Virus record (IMG/VR): IMGVR_UViG_3300037189_026208
Coordinates: 54,423 to 74,422 of that record
Strand: one strand, 5' to 3'
DNA length: 20,000 nt
DNA from: an uncultured virus (IMG/VR IMGVR_UViG_3300037189_026208)
Lineage: Duplodnaviria > Heunggongvirae > Uroviricota > Caudoviricetes
The notes beneath the pieces were generated by a model that made no database searches, was not told the origin of the DNA, and worked only from the letters and a program-made list of their open reading frames with translations. Positions within the stretch are counted from its first letter, which is position 1, and every line of letters begins with the position of its first letter. This document shows positions 1-7,617 of the stretch, one piece after another. The translations under genes were made by a program, and so were the position numbers.

Positions 1-7
1 ACTCATA

Positions 8-262
8 TTAATCTTTATTTACTACGCTGTCAAAACCTGCACTCCAGAGATCAGCAGCTTTTTTATTACCGCCTTTATGAGGATTTTCAGGCATAACACC
101 ATCTCTGAGATATCTTCTTCCAGCTAAAGCGCCATGGGCAAAATGATCAGATGCATCTGAGGCTGCGTGATAATCAGTAGGAGTTCTTGACATAAGTTTT
201 TCGTATTCTTGTCTACTAATAGTATCGTATGCTTCGTTTAAAGCGGTTTCGAATTTCGACAT
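8..262 (-). CDS. small hypothetical protein with T4-like leader (MSKFETALNE); C-terminal half weakly Rmf-like
   Basis: 84-aa ORF with TAAATA 6 nt upstream of ATG; G..AG...ENPH...ADLWSAGF loosely resembles the Rmf pattern. Confidence 0.75.
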   Translation of the reverse strand: MSKFETALNEAYDTISRQEYEKLMSRTPTDYHAASDASDHFAHGALAGRRYLRDGVMPENPHKGGNKKAADLWSAGFDSVVNKD

Positions 263-285
263 ATAATATATTTAAGGTTTAATAT

Positions 286-335
286 AAAAAAAGAGACGGT
301 AGATCAAGAGGCGACCAAGCCCTCAACCTACCGTC
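286..335 (-). terminator. intrinsic terminator
   Basis: Minus strand GACGGTAGGTTGAGGG...CCTCTTGATCTACCGTC stem (with G-U pairs) followed by TCTTTTTTT. Confidence 0.8.
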
Positions 336-406
336 ATTTTGCTCTTGTTTAACGTCGTAGCGCTAGCCAACTCAGACGGGTCTAAGTACGCTCTATGTTT
401 TTGTAA

Positions 407-471
407 CGTACCCCTCTGCGTTTCCTTAGTAAAGGCTCCGGACTTGAGACCGGCTTAGTAGCATTAATACG
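407..471 (-). ncRNA. twister self-cleaving ribozyme (type P1, with P5 hairpin)
   Basis: CGUAU-UAA-UGC-UAC-UAA-GCCGG-UCUC-AAG-U-CCGG-AG-CCUU(UACU)AAGG-AAAC-GCA-GA-GGG-GUACG. P1 CGUAU/GUACG, P2 UGC/GCA, P4 from the two CCGG arms, T1 CUC/GGG, T2 AC/GU; conserved U^AA cleavage site and catalytic G. Confidence 0.88.
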
Positions 472-490
472 ATGTTTTAATCTACACATG

Positions 491-519
491 AATCTATATA
501 CAGTATCCGGATCAGGCAA
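491..519 (-). promoter_or_regulatory. sigma70-type promoter for the ribozyme-containing RNA
   Basis: TTGCCT-17 nt-TAGATT; predicted start ~484. Confidence 0.6.
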
Positions 520-612
520 GCAAAGAAATAAAAATATTATTAATGGAAACCCCATAAAAACCGCTATACCTTCCAGATACTGTAAAATAGCACTCACTAG
601 CAAATAACGATT

Positions 613-1578
613 TTACGTTATAGCATCAATTAATCCACCGAAATTTTCTTCGGTCTCCGGATCAATTATACCTTTTAGTAAATCAGATTCTATTGGATAA
701 AGATCATTATACTCGACTACATATTTTTCACTTTTATCTTTAGCAAAATCAGGCTCAACAAGAGCTTGTCGTACGCGATGTCTTGCCCAAGGACTCATTT
801 CCACAGCTGGTTTAATGTATGTAGCAAGTTCACCTTTCCATAAATTATCTCTATCACTTCTTAAACAAACTCTATCTCCCTCTTTAAGGTTGTTTCTCCA
901 TGTTTCTAAATCAAAATCCTTACTCTCTGTAACACTTAGTAAATCACTAAATGAATCTTTAGTATCTTTTGTTAATGACTTTCTTAATTCCCAATCAATA
1001 GGAAATAATTTACTTAGATTGTATCTAGTATAGCCTTGAGAGCCATCTATATTGTGACCTTCTTTAACAAGTAAAGCAATATCTCTAAAACTATCAACTA
1101 CTTCTAAATATGTAGCTTTAAATCCACGGACAGTAAAAGGTCTAACTTCTACCTTATCGCCTTTCTTTAAGTTACTTCGCCAAGTTCTAAGATATTCGTA
1201 ATCCTCTTGAGTCTCTTCTGATACTATATCGATTAAATCGCTAAATGAATTTTCTGTATCCTTAGATAGAGAGTTCTTTAATTCATATTTTTTTAAAGCT
1301 TTTTGTACTTTATCGGTTACAACCTTTCTAACTGTATAGTAACTATCAGGTACATGTAAGCTTCTATACCATTCATCAAAATCTTTCATATGAACAAACC
1401 AACCATTACCTGATTTAGCATCTCTAGTCCATATAGCAGGTTTTCCGTCTATAATAATATCCCAACAAGGATTCCACATCTGACCTCCCATTAAGGTTTC
1501 AAAAGGACCCTTAACAATCTCTACTTTAAGATCATTAGCTCTTCTTAATTCCTCTAATATAAGATCATTAAATCTCAC
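613..1578 (-). CDS. tag-family protein with three fused units (units 2 and 3 SH3/KOW-like)
   Basis: GTG start with TAAATA 7 nt upstream; leader MRFNDLILEE; tags LSKDTENSFSDLIDIV, LTKDTKDSFSDLLSV, IDPETEENFGGLIDAIT. Confidence 0.9.
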   Translation of the reverse strand: MRFNDLILEELRRANDLKVEIVKGPFETLMGGQMWNPCWDIIIDGKPAIWTRDAKSGNGWFVHMKDFDEWYRSLHVPDSYYTVRKVVTDKVQKALKKYELKNSLSKDTENSFSDLIDIVSEETQEDYEYLRTWRSNLKKGDKVEVRPFTVRGFKATYLEVVDSFRDIALLVKEGHNIDGSQGYTRYNLSKLFPIDWELRKSLTKDTKDSFSDLLSVTESKDFDLETWRNNLKEGDRVCLRSDRDNLWKGELATYIKPAVEMSPWARHRVRQALVEPDFAKDKSEKYVVEYNDLYPIESDLLKGIIDPETEENFGGLIDAIT

Positions 1579-1717
1579 GGTTTATTATTTATCAATATCT
1601 GCTCTAGCGCGGCGAGGTTTCTCCTAATTTCCCCGCTTAGTGCATCCGTCTCGGCCCCAAAGTTTTTGAAAATATTTTATACTCTAAATTGAATTCCGAT
1701 TATTAATTCTAGGGAAA

Positions 1718-2002
1718 TTAAAGAATATCTAATAGATCTCCGAACGTCTCGCCTGTCTCCTTGGACAGATGCCGCTTTATATTATGATCTTCTATAGCTT
1801 TGGCAATAGCGTTCTTTACTCCTTGCTTCTTATAGAGTTCAAGTCCCCAAACAGTGAGGTATTGGTTAGTCTCCAAATATCTAAAACCATCTGGCTCCTC
1901 GCCTATTGTTAACTTCTGGCCATCTACCTCCACGTCATAGCCTATATAGCCTTCGTCCTTAAGGTCGTAAGGACCTCTTAAGAATTTTACTTTATAAGAC
2001 AT
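1718..2002 (-). CDS. tag-family protein, last array member
   Basis: Ends LSKETGETFGDLLDIL; GGAGG 8 nt before ATG. Confidence 0.9.
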   Translation of the reverse strand: MSYKVKFLRGPYDLKDEGYIGYDVEVDGQKLTIGEEPDGFRYLETNQYLTVWGLELYKKQGVKNAIAKAIEDHNIKRHLSKETGETFGDLLDIL

Positions 2003-2345
2003 CTAAGAACCCTCCGAATGAATCTCTTGTTTCTGGAGACATAGCTTGAAGTGTCTCCCAATTCTTAATAGCTTTAGCTACCGGACCGTTTTCAGTATCT
2101 TTTCCATCCCAAAGGTAAATCTCTGGCATATAAAGAACATAAGGGTATTCACCACGTTCTGGAGTATAAATGACAAAACTATTTCGATCTTCCGTATCCT
2201 CTTTAATATGCATTAACCAGGCACCTTCTATATCTTCGGGAAGTGTATAGCCTCGCTTTAGATACTCATTGATCTCTTCATCGGTAGCCCTTCTTAGGAC
2301 TTTATAGAAGTTACCAGACTCTAGAAAGAACTTGTTAAAGGACAT
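1992..2345 (-). CDS. tag-family protein
   Basis: MSFNKFFLES...MSPETRDSFGGFLDVL; 11-nt overlaps with both neighbours. Confidence 0.9.
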   Translation of the reverse strand: MSFNKFFLESGNFYKVLRRATDEEINEYLKRGYTLPEDIEGAWLMHIKEDTEDRNSFVIYTPERGEYPYVLYMPEIYLWDGKDTENGPVAKAIKNWETLQAMSPETRDSFGGFLDVL

Positions 2346-2709
2346 CTAATAAACCTCCAAATGAATCTTTAGTTTCTTTGTCTACACTATTTAAAAGATT
2401 ATAATCTTCTATAGCCTTGTCTATTTGTTCTCTAAACGGATCATCATAGACGTCGGTATGATTGGGGATAATCTTAGGATAGGGAGGTAGCCAATGCCCT
2501 CTATAATGACCTGGTGGCCAGCAGTAATAGCATATGCACTCCTTGTCCTTATACTTCATTTGTAGCTTATAGACATTCTCTTCCCAATCTTTTATATCCA
2601 GCTCATTACGAAAGAGATGGGTCATTGGTCCCTCAAGTATCTTTACTTCAATTCCTCTATTATCACCGTAATTGATAAGAGCTTCTTTTATTAATCGATC
2701 AAAGTACAT
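2335..2709 (-). CDS. tag-family protein
   Basis: MYFDRLIKEA...VDKETKDSFGGLLDVL. Confidence 0.9.
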   Translation of the reverse strand: MYFDRLIKEALINYGDNRGIEVKILEGPMTHLFRNELDIKDWEENVYKLQMKYKDKECICYYCWPPGHYRGHWLPPYPKIIPNHTDVYDDPFREQIDKAIEDYNLLNSVDKETKDSFGGLLDVL

Positions 2710-3115
2710 CTAATAATCCTCCAAATGAATCTCTTGTATCTTTACTTAATCCTTGCTTAAAATTCCATTGATCTATAAGAGCTGGAACTGTTTCACGTAA
2801 CATCTTATTAAGGAATTGAGCTCTCGGGGCTGACTTGTGTTGTCTACCGACCATACGTTTAAACCAAGTAGGTGTTTGAATAACAGTATAATAAGCTGTT
2901 GTCTTCTGAAGCTCTCTATCTTTATCCTCTATCTTCTTAACCCACCAAGTACCTCCTTTACTATCCTTTAAACAAAAGACCTCTTTATAGTCTTTATGTG
3001 GAGGTTGTTCAAGATGAAGCTCACCAGTAAGACTATCCATAAAGCCGGTACCTACAACCTTAAATGTTGTATTCATCCAGTCCAGTTCTTCTAATACTAA
3101 TTGATTAAAGTACAT
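2699..3115 (-). CDS. tag-family protein
   Basis: MYFNQLVLEE...LSKDTRDSFGGLLDVL. Confidence 0.9.
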   Translation of the reverse strand: MYFNQLVLEELDWMNTTFKVVGTGFMDSLTGELHLEQPPHKDYKEVFCLKDSKGGTWWVKKIEDKDRELQKTTAYYTVIQTPTWFKRMVGRQHKSAPRAQFLNKMLRETVPALIDQWNFKQGLSKDTRDSFGGLLDVL

Positions 3116-3467
3116 CTAATAATCCTCCGAATGTTTTCTTTGTATCATTACTTAATAGCTTTCTAAACTCCCAATCATTAATAGCATCAGGAACTAACCC
3201 GGAGAACCCCATAAAGGTTACATCTCCGCTATCATGAATGTTGTAGCTAGTATATCCTTCCTTCTCGTTATCTTTAAACCGTACAACAAGACGCGGCCAA
3301 TACCCAGGTCTATTACCATCATCGTCTACCACCCAGGCACCTTTTATATACTCTTCCCTTACCCAGCGATAGCCATAACCGTATATCCTCTGAAGATCTT
3401 CTTCTGTAGCGTCCCGAACGACGTGATACTTCTCTAAAGCTTCTAATACTATTTGATTAAAGTACAT
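3105..3467 (-). CDS. tag-family protein
   Basis: MYFNQIVLEA...LSNDTKKTFGGLLDVL. Confidence 0.9.
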   Translation of the reverse strand: MYFNQIVLEALEKYHVVRDATEEDLQRIYGYGYRWVREEYIKGAWVVDDDGNRPGYWPRLVVRFKDNEKEGYTSYNIHDSGDVTFMGFSGLVPDAINDWEFRKLLSNDTKKTFGGLLDVL

Positions 3468-3798
3468 CTAATAATCCTCCGAAAGTTTCTCTTGTATCCT
3501 TTGATAAGGATTGTTTTAATTCCCAATCTTTCATAGCTTTAATAATAAGGCTATCAAGTGTATCAATATCAATACCGAATAGCTTTTTACATTGATCTCG
3601 TTCATATACAGCATTATCCGGATCAATTCCTGAAGTATTTAAACCATCGAGATAAAGCATACATTGATCATCTTTGACATAACGAAAGAAACACTTCTTA
3701 CCATTTACAGTTATATTATAATGAAGGTCTCCGATAGCCCAATCTGGAAGATCTTTGTCTTCTATAACATTAATAATCTTAATAGAAGGTTGTTTCAT
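3457..3798 (-). CDS. tag-family protein without N-leader
   Basis: Ends LSKDTRETFGGLLDVL; starts 8 nt after the previous stop. Confidence 0.9.
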   Translation of the reverse strand: MKQPSIKIINVIEDKDLPDWAIGDLHYNITVNGKKCFFRYVKDDQCMLYLDGLNTSGIDPDNAVYERDQCKKLFGIDIDTLDSLIIKAMKDWELKQSLSKDTRETFGGLLDVL

Positions 3799-3806
3799 AT
3801 AGGCTA

Positions 3807-4343
3807 TTAGAGGGCGTCTAGGAAGTCCTTAAATGATCCTTGAGTCTTAGTATCGGTTTGTCCTAGAGCTAAGAAGTTCTTTTCTTTATGTTTTATCCAC
3901 CAGTTTACTAGCTTATCTAGCTTCTCGGCAAATGCGTAATGATAACCTTTCTGCCTCCATACTGGATCCTCTGTATTATTATCATAATGAACGAAGTAAC
4001 TTATATATGGATATAAAACATTCGGTACCCAAGAGGCAGCTGCAGCAATATGGGTAGGTCCTGTTTCATCTTCAAGTCTTCTAGTATCATCAATACAAGT
4101 CATATAATATGTCTTTGTATCTGTCCATGTAGCAAGCTCCCTAGTCTTATGTAATATACCATTAGGTTCAGCCTCCTTCGGTAGTCCTTCTTTAATGTCA
4201 TATATCTCAAAGTTATGAAAGGGCATTGAATCAACCTCATCCGTTGACCAGACCGATCGTTCAAAGCCTTGCTTTCTATCGGGGTTTCTTGATCGAGGTA
4301 CATTAGCTACTAGAGCCTCTTTGAAGTAATCTTTAAATGACAT
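3807..4343 (-). CDS. tag-family protein, longer core, divergent tag
   Basis: MSFKDYFKEA...TDTKTQGSFKDFLDAL. Confidence 0.88.
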   Translation of the reverse strand: MSFKDYFKEALVANVPRSRNPDRKQGFERSVWSTDEVDSMPFHNFEIYDIKEGLPKEAEPNGILHKTRELATWTDTKTYYMTCIDDTRRLEDETGPTHIAAAASWVPNVLYPYISYFVHYDNNTEDPVWRQKGYHYAFAEKLDKLVNWWIKHKEKNFLALGQTDTKTQGSFKDFLDAL

Positions 4344-4680
4344 CGATTAAACCTCCAAATGATTGTTCAGTATCCTTTGATAGATTGTTTTTTAATTCCC
4401 AAGATATAAGCTGTTTGTATATAGGAAAGTCCGGATAGATATACCCTTCAAAGCCATAATTAGGTAAGCTATACACCATTAAGTTTTCATTGTTAAGATC
4501 TTCAAATAAGTCCTTACAACGTATGACTAGAACATCAGATACATCGGTATAGTTTCTAATTACCCATCCTCTAGTTAATTTTAAATCCTCATCATATTGA
4601 GAAGATAAACCATCGAGTATTTTCTGAGGAGCTAATTCTATCTTCTCCTTCTTTGATTCGTAGAATAACTTAAATGACAT
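4333..4680 (-). CDS. tag-family protein
   Basis: MSFKLFYES...LSKDTEQSFGGLIDVI. Confidence 0.9.
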   Translation of the reverse strand: MSFKLFYESKKEKIELAPQKILDGLSSQYDEDLKLTRGWVIRNYTDVSDVLVIRCKDLFEDLNNENLMVYSLPNYGFEGYIYPDFPIYKQLISWELKNNLSKDTEQSFGGLIDVI

Positions 4681-5068
4681 CTAGTAGCCCTCCGAAAGTA
4701 TCTCTTGTCTTATCTGGTAGATGCCTCCTTTGTTCAAAGTCATCTATAGCCTTAACTACTCTCCTACCTTCTTCTCTATAGGCTGGTATATCCCGCTCGG
4801 TAAAGGCACCACATCTATCCATACCTTCTAAAGTATAAACATCATAACCTTTTACATACGTAATAGATCTTATAGCAATATATCTAGCAATATATCTATC
4901 AGTTCCTGATTCCTTCTTTATAGTAAGAAGATAGAGAGGGTCATCTTTTCTCCAAGGATACTTCCTACGAAAGACCCCCTCATACCCCTCAGGCACTGCT
5001 TCTACAGTTATATTATCTCTTTGAAGCTTATAAGGCTCTTTAGATTCGTAGAATAACTTAAATGACAT
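4670..5068 (-). CDS. tag-family protein
   Basis: MSFKLFYES...LPDKTRDTFGGLLDVI. Confidence 0.9.
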   Translation of the reverse strand: MSFKLFYESKEPYKLQRDNITVEAVPEGYEGVFRRKYPWRKDDPLYLLTIKKESGTDRYIARYIAIRSITYVKGYDVYTLEGMDRCGAFTERDIPAYREEGRRVVKAIDDFEQRRHLPDKTRDTFGGLLDVI

Positions 5069-5411
5069 CTAATAGACCTCCAAATGAATCTTTAGTATCG
5101 TCTGATAGATTATTTTTAAACTCCCATTTCTTAATAGCTTTAGCAAGAGGTGAGTTTATATCCTCATGACTAATAAGGTCAATAGTGTTAGGGTCTAATG
5201 TGTAAATTGAATATGTCTTCCAGTCAGGAATATATGCTACAATAACCTGTCCTTCATCATAGTCATCGTTCATATAAACGATCCATGCCTGTTCAATATC
5301 TCCCTTCTCCGTATCAAGATCTCTTGTAAGATCTTTAAGTTCTTTCTTTGTAAATCTTCTAAGAACTTTGTATGAGTCGTTTGACTCTGTAAAAAATTGT
5401 TTAAATGACAT
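5058..5411 (-). CDS. tag-family protein, first array member
   Basis: MSFKQFFTES...LSDDTKDSFGGLLDVI; AAGGAG SD; TAAATA at 5433-5438. Confidence 0.9.
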   Translation of the reverse strand: MSFKQFFTESNDSYKVLRRFTKKELKDLTRDLDTEKGDIEQAWIVYMNDDYDEGQVIVAYIPDWKTYSIYTLDPNTIDLISHEDINSPLAKAIKKWEFKNNLSDDTKDSFGGLLDVI

Positions 5412-5431
5412 CTATCTATCTCCTTGATAGA

Positions 5432-5626
5432 TTATTTAAGAGTCTTTATTTCATTCCCTATCTCTACTATATACTCACCTATCTTAGACATGCCGAGCTC
5501 CTTGGTTAGGCTCTGCTTCTCCCTTAGTATTCTAACGATAGTCTCTAGCTTACCTAGATAGTCTTCTAATGTAAGCCCGGATAGATCTTCCTTTAGATAG
5601 CCTGATACAATTTCATTAAACTTCAT
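5432..5626 (-). CDS. small helical protein with T4-like leader (MKFNEIVSGYLKE)
   Basis: 64 aa; TAAATA 7 nt upstream; first gene of the array operon; no C-tag. Confidence 0.8.
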   Translation of the reverse strand: MKFNEIVSGYLKEDLSGLTLEDYLGKLETIVRILREKQSLTKELGMSKIGEYIVEIGNEIKTLK

Positions 5627-5662
5627 AGTCTATTATTTAGTCTATGAACAGGTTTAATAGTA

Positions 5663-6214
5663 TTAGGATTCCCTCTTTATAATAGTTAATCCGTTGTTGT
5701 TAGTGTAGGTACAAACCTCTTTCCATTCCTTATGATTAGAAAGGAAGAGCTTAATAGCTGGTACCAAACCAATCCTTCCCTCTACAGTTGATCCATCCTC
5801 ATTAACCGTTCCGAAAGTAATAGTATCATGGAACAGTATATACTTCTTAACCTTACTATGATGTCTCTCAAGTTCTCCTAATACCTGATCGTATGTATGC
5901 AGAGTATCTATAAAGAGCATATCTACTTCCTCTAGATCATACTCCAAGGTACTAGCTTGATCAAAGCGCATATTAACATTCTCTCTCTTACATTCTTCCT
6001 TAAAGATATCGATATTGTAATTCGTATTAATATCTACGCATATAAGCTTCTTAGGATTAGCCTTAGCTAGGGCATAAGAGCTAACTACATTACGTACACC
6101 AAACTCAGCTATTGTTTCACACTCCCTAGCGTATGTGTAAAGGGTCTCCAGATGTTCATTAATATCTGAAGGTGTATATCTTCTTTCGTTGTACCTTGAA
6201 TCTATAATACTCAT
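5663..6214 (-). CDS. class I SAM-dependent methyltransferase (Methyltransf_24-like)
   Basis: IAEFGVRNVVSS motif I; DMLFIDTLHTY; YILFHDT; NNNGLTII. Confidence 0.85.
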   Translation of the reverse strand: MSIIDSRYNERRYTPSDINEHLETLYTYARECETIAEFGVRNVVSSYALAKANPKKLICVDINTNYNIDIFKEECKRENVNMRFDQASTLEYDLEEVDMLFIDTLHTYDQVLGELERHHSKVKKYILFHDTITFGTVNEDGSTVEGRIGLVPAIKLFLSNHKEWKEVCTYTNNNGLTIIKRES

Positions 6215-6270
6215 TTAATAGAATTTATACTAGTCTTTTATATAGTGCTAGTATCTATTAAATGTTTATA

Positions 6271-6459
6271 TTACTTTTCTTTATCTTGCTTTACAGTTAC
6301 TACTAAGTTAACCGGCTGGCTATTCTCTTTATCAAATACTATACCACCATGGGTATGATTAAGTCCTGCTACAATTGCTCCTGTTATATCAAAGAATGTA
6401 TAAGCTATACAGAAGTAAATTAGGAAGTTCTTTAGCGTTAATTCTCTTAGAAAGTTCAT
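6271..6459 (-). CDS. small membrane protein
   Basis: One hydrophobic segment; TAAATA 7 nt upstream. Confidence 0.7.
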   Translation of the reverse strand: MNFLRELTLKNFLIYFCIAYTFFDITGAIVAGLNHTHGGIVFDKENSQPVNLVVTVKQDKEK

Positions 6460-6846
6460 ATAGAACTATTTAAGGTATTTGAAAGGATTTTATTCCGGAT
6501 TTTGTTCCTTCCTCATCGATAGTCAGGCATGGAGCCTCTTCTACCGACCAGCTCGTGCTTAATCAATACATCAGGATCAAAGCTTACCATAGGTCTTTGG
6601 CTCCCCTGAACTAGATAGAGTCTATAAGCATCACCAACGAGCAATTCGACTCTACCTCCCTCTAGGATTATACCTACAACTAGAGGGTATTAATTTGTTT
6701 GACCGGGGTGGTTAATCCATCCTGATGCACCGGTTGATAAAGGCCTTTTAGAGCAACCTAGTCACGCGCACGTACGGTAGCTCTTTCGATCGAGCCTGCG
6801 AACGGTCAAAATGTTTTAAAGGCCTAAGCCATCATAGTCCTCCATA

Positions 6847-7050
6847 TTAATATCGTCCATGTCTCTTATCATAGGTAGCAAAAGGATCAGAGTCTACAAT
6901 GGTTACCAGGACCCAGGCCGCTATACAATTCCAAAAGGTATAATGAATATTGGTATGGAATAGATAATTGATTGCCCAGATACCGAGCCAGATGTCTAGA
7001 ACTCGATAGATGATATAGTAGATGCCTCGTACTAGTTCGTTCCGTTCCAT
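6847..7050 (-). CDS. small two-TM membrane protein (start revised to MERNEL)
   Basis: Two hydrophobic segments; ATG 1 nt after the upstream stop. Confidence 0.7.
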   Translation of the reverse strand: MERNELVRGIYYIIYRVLDIWLGIWAINYLFHTNIHYTFWNCIAAWVLVTIVDSDPFATYDKRHGRY

Positions 7051-7051
7051 A

Positions 7052-7210
7052 TTACTTCCTCTTCTTACCTGCGTCCGATCGTTGGGCACGATAGGCTCCT
7101 ACCTTAGATCCCTTTGGTACTCCGGCCGATAGTTGAGTACGAAGATACTTGGCCGTATTATAACGAACCAATGATCCACCTTTACAGATTTTGTTCTTTG
7201 TTGTTGCCAT
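7052..7210 (-). CDS. basic 52-aa microprotein (not in ORF track)
   Basis: MATTKNKICKGGSLVRYNTAKYLRTQLSAGVPKGSKVGAYRAQRSDAGKKRK; fills the gap between neighbours. Confidence 0.7.
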   Translation of the reverse strand: MATTKNKICKGGSLVRYNTAKYLRTQLSAGVPKGSKVGAYRAQRSDAGKKRK

Positions 7211-7215
7211 ACAGA

Positions 7216-7413
7216 TTAGATATTATAGGCGTTATCGATAACGGCAAGGTAATAACCATCTAGATCTACCTCCCACCTATCTACCTTTGTATTCTTTACT
7301 AGGTTATGAACCTTATACCTATCATCATTAGAGTAGATATTGACAATGACCTCCTTGTCTAGCTCCTCCTCTGGTACCTCTGAGAGCTTATTCTTTAGAT
7401 CCCTATAGGTCAT
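7216..7413 (-). CDS. small phage protein, MT..EL...L family
   Basis: MTYRDLKNKLSEVPEEELDKEV; similar N-terminus to 8815, 17969, 18781. Confidence 0.75.
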   Translation of the reverse strand: MTYRDLKNKLSEVPEEELDKEVIVNIYSNDDRYKVHNLVKNTKVDRWEVDLDGYYLAVIDNAYNI

Positions 7414-7617
7414 TTAATTAGTAAAGTAGGTAGGGTTGGCTCGGAAGGCTGGAGTAGGTTTAGTAAGCTGGGAATGCTTTACTGAATCCTTTCCGAGATA
7501 ATAGACACCAATGATGGCGTAGAGGACAATGTTACAGGTAACATAAGTTATACAGAATAGCTTATAGGTATCCCAGATAGCTTCCTTGAGACGATTAGAG
7601 GTTATAGTAGAGCTCAT
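7414..7617 (-). CDS. small membrane protein
   Basis: 67 aa, hydrophobic core, abuts next gene. Confidence 0.65.
   Translation of the reverse strand: MSSTITSNRLKEAIWDTYKLFCITYVTCNIVLYAIIGVYYLGKDSVKHSQLTKPTPAFRANPTYFTN

Larger units (their letters stand above)
1992..5108 (-). repeat. eight dispersed ~45-nt junction direct repeats
   Basis: Consensus ~gatACaAaAGAttCaTTYGGAGGwYTAtTAGATGTmyTTTAA, with stops at 1992, 2335, 2699, 3105, 3457, 4333, 4670, 5058. Confidence 0.9.

Noticed and set aside
336..406. Second ribozyme (pistol or hammerhead) or riboswitch after the twister
   Set aside because: Only fragments resemble pistol (CGUCUGAG, UUAAAC); the required stems and pseudoknot cannot be built, and there is no CUGANGA/GAAA core.
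382..603. 73-aa ORF in the track
   Set aside because: TTG start with no RBS; overlaps the promoter and the twister ribozyme, which explain the sequence better.
1640..1658. GGGGCCGAGACGGAT as a tmRNA 5' end
   Set aside because: No matching T-arm/acceptor 3' end or tag ORF, and too little space.
1992..5108. Junction repeats as a CRISPR array or integron attC sites
   Set aside because: Spacing is 340 nt or more and coding; the repeats are degenerate and non-palindromic, lack attC R/L boxes, and there is no cas or integrase gene in the window.
613..5411. Diversity-generating retroelement as the source of variation
   Set aside because: No reverse transcriptase and no template/variable repeat pair differing only at adenines.
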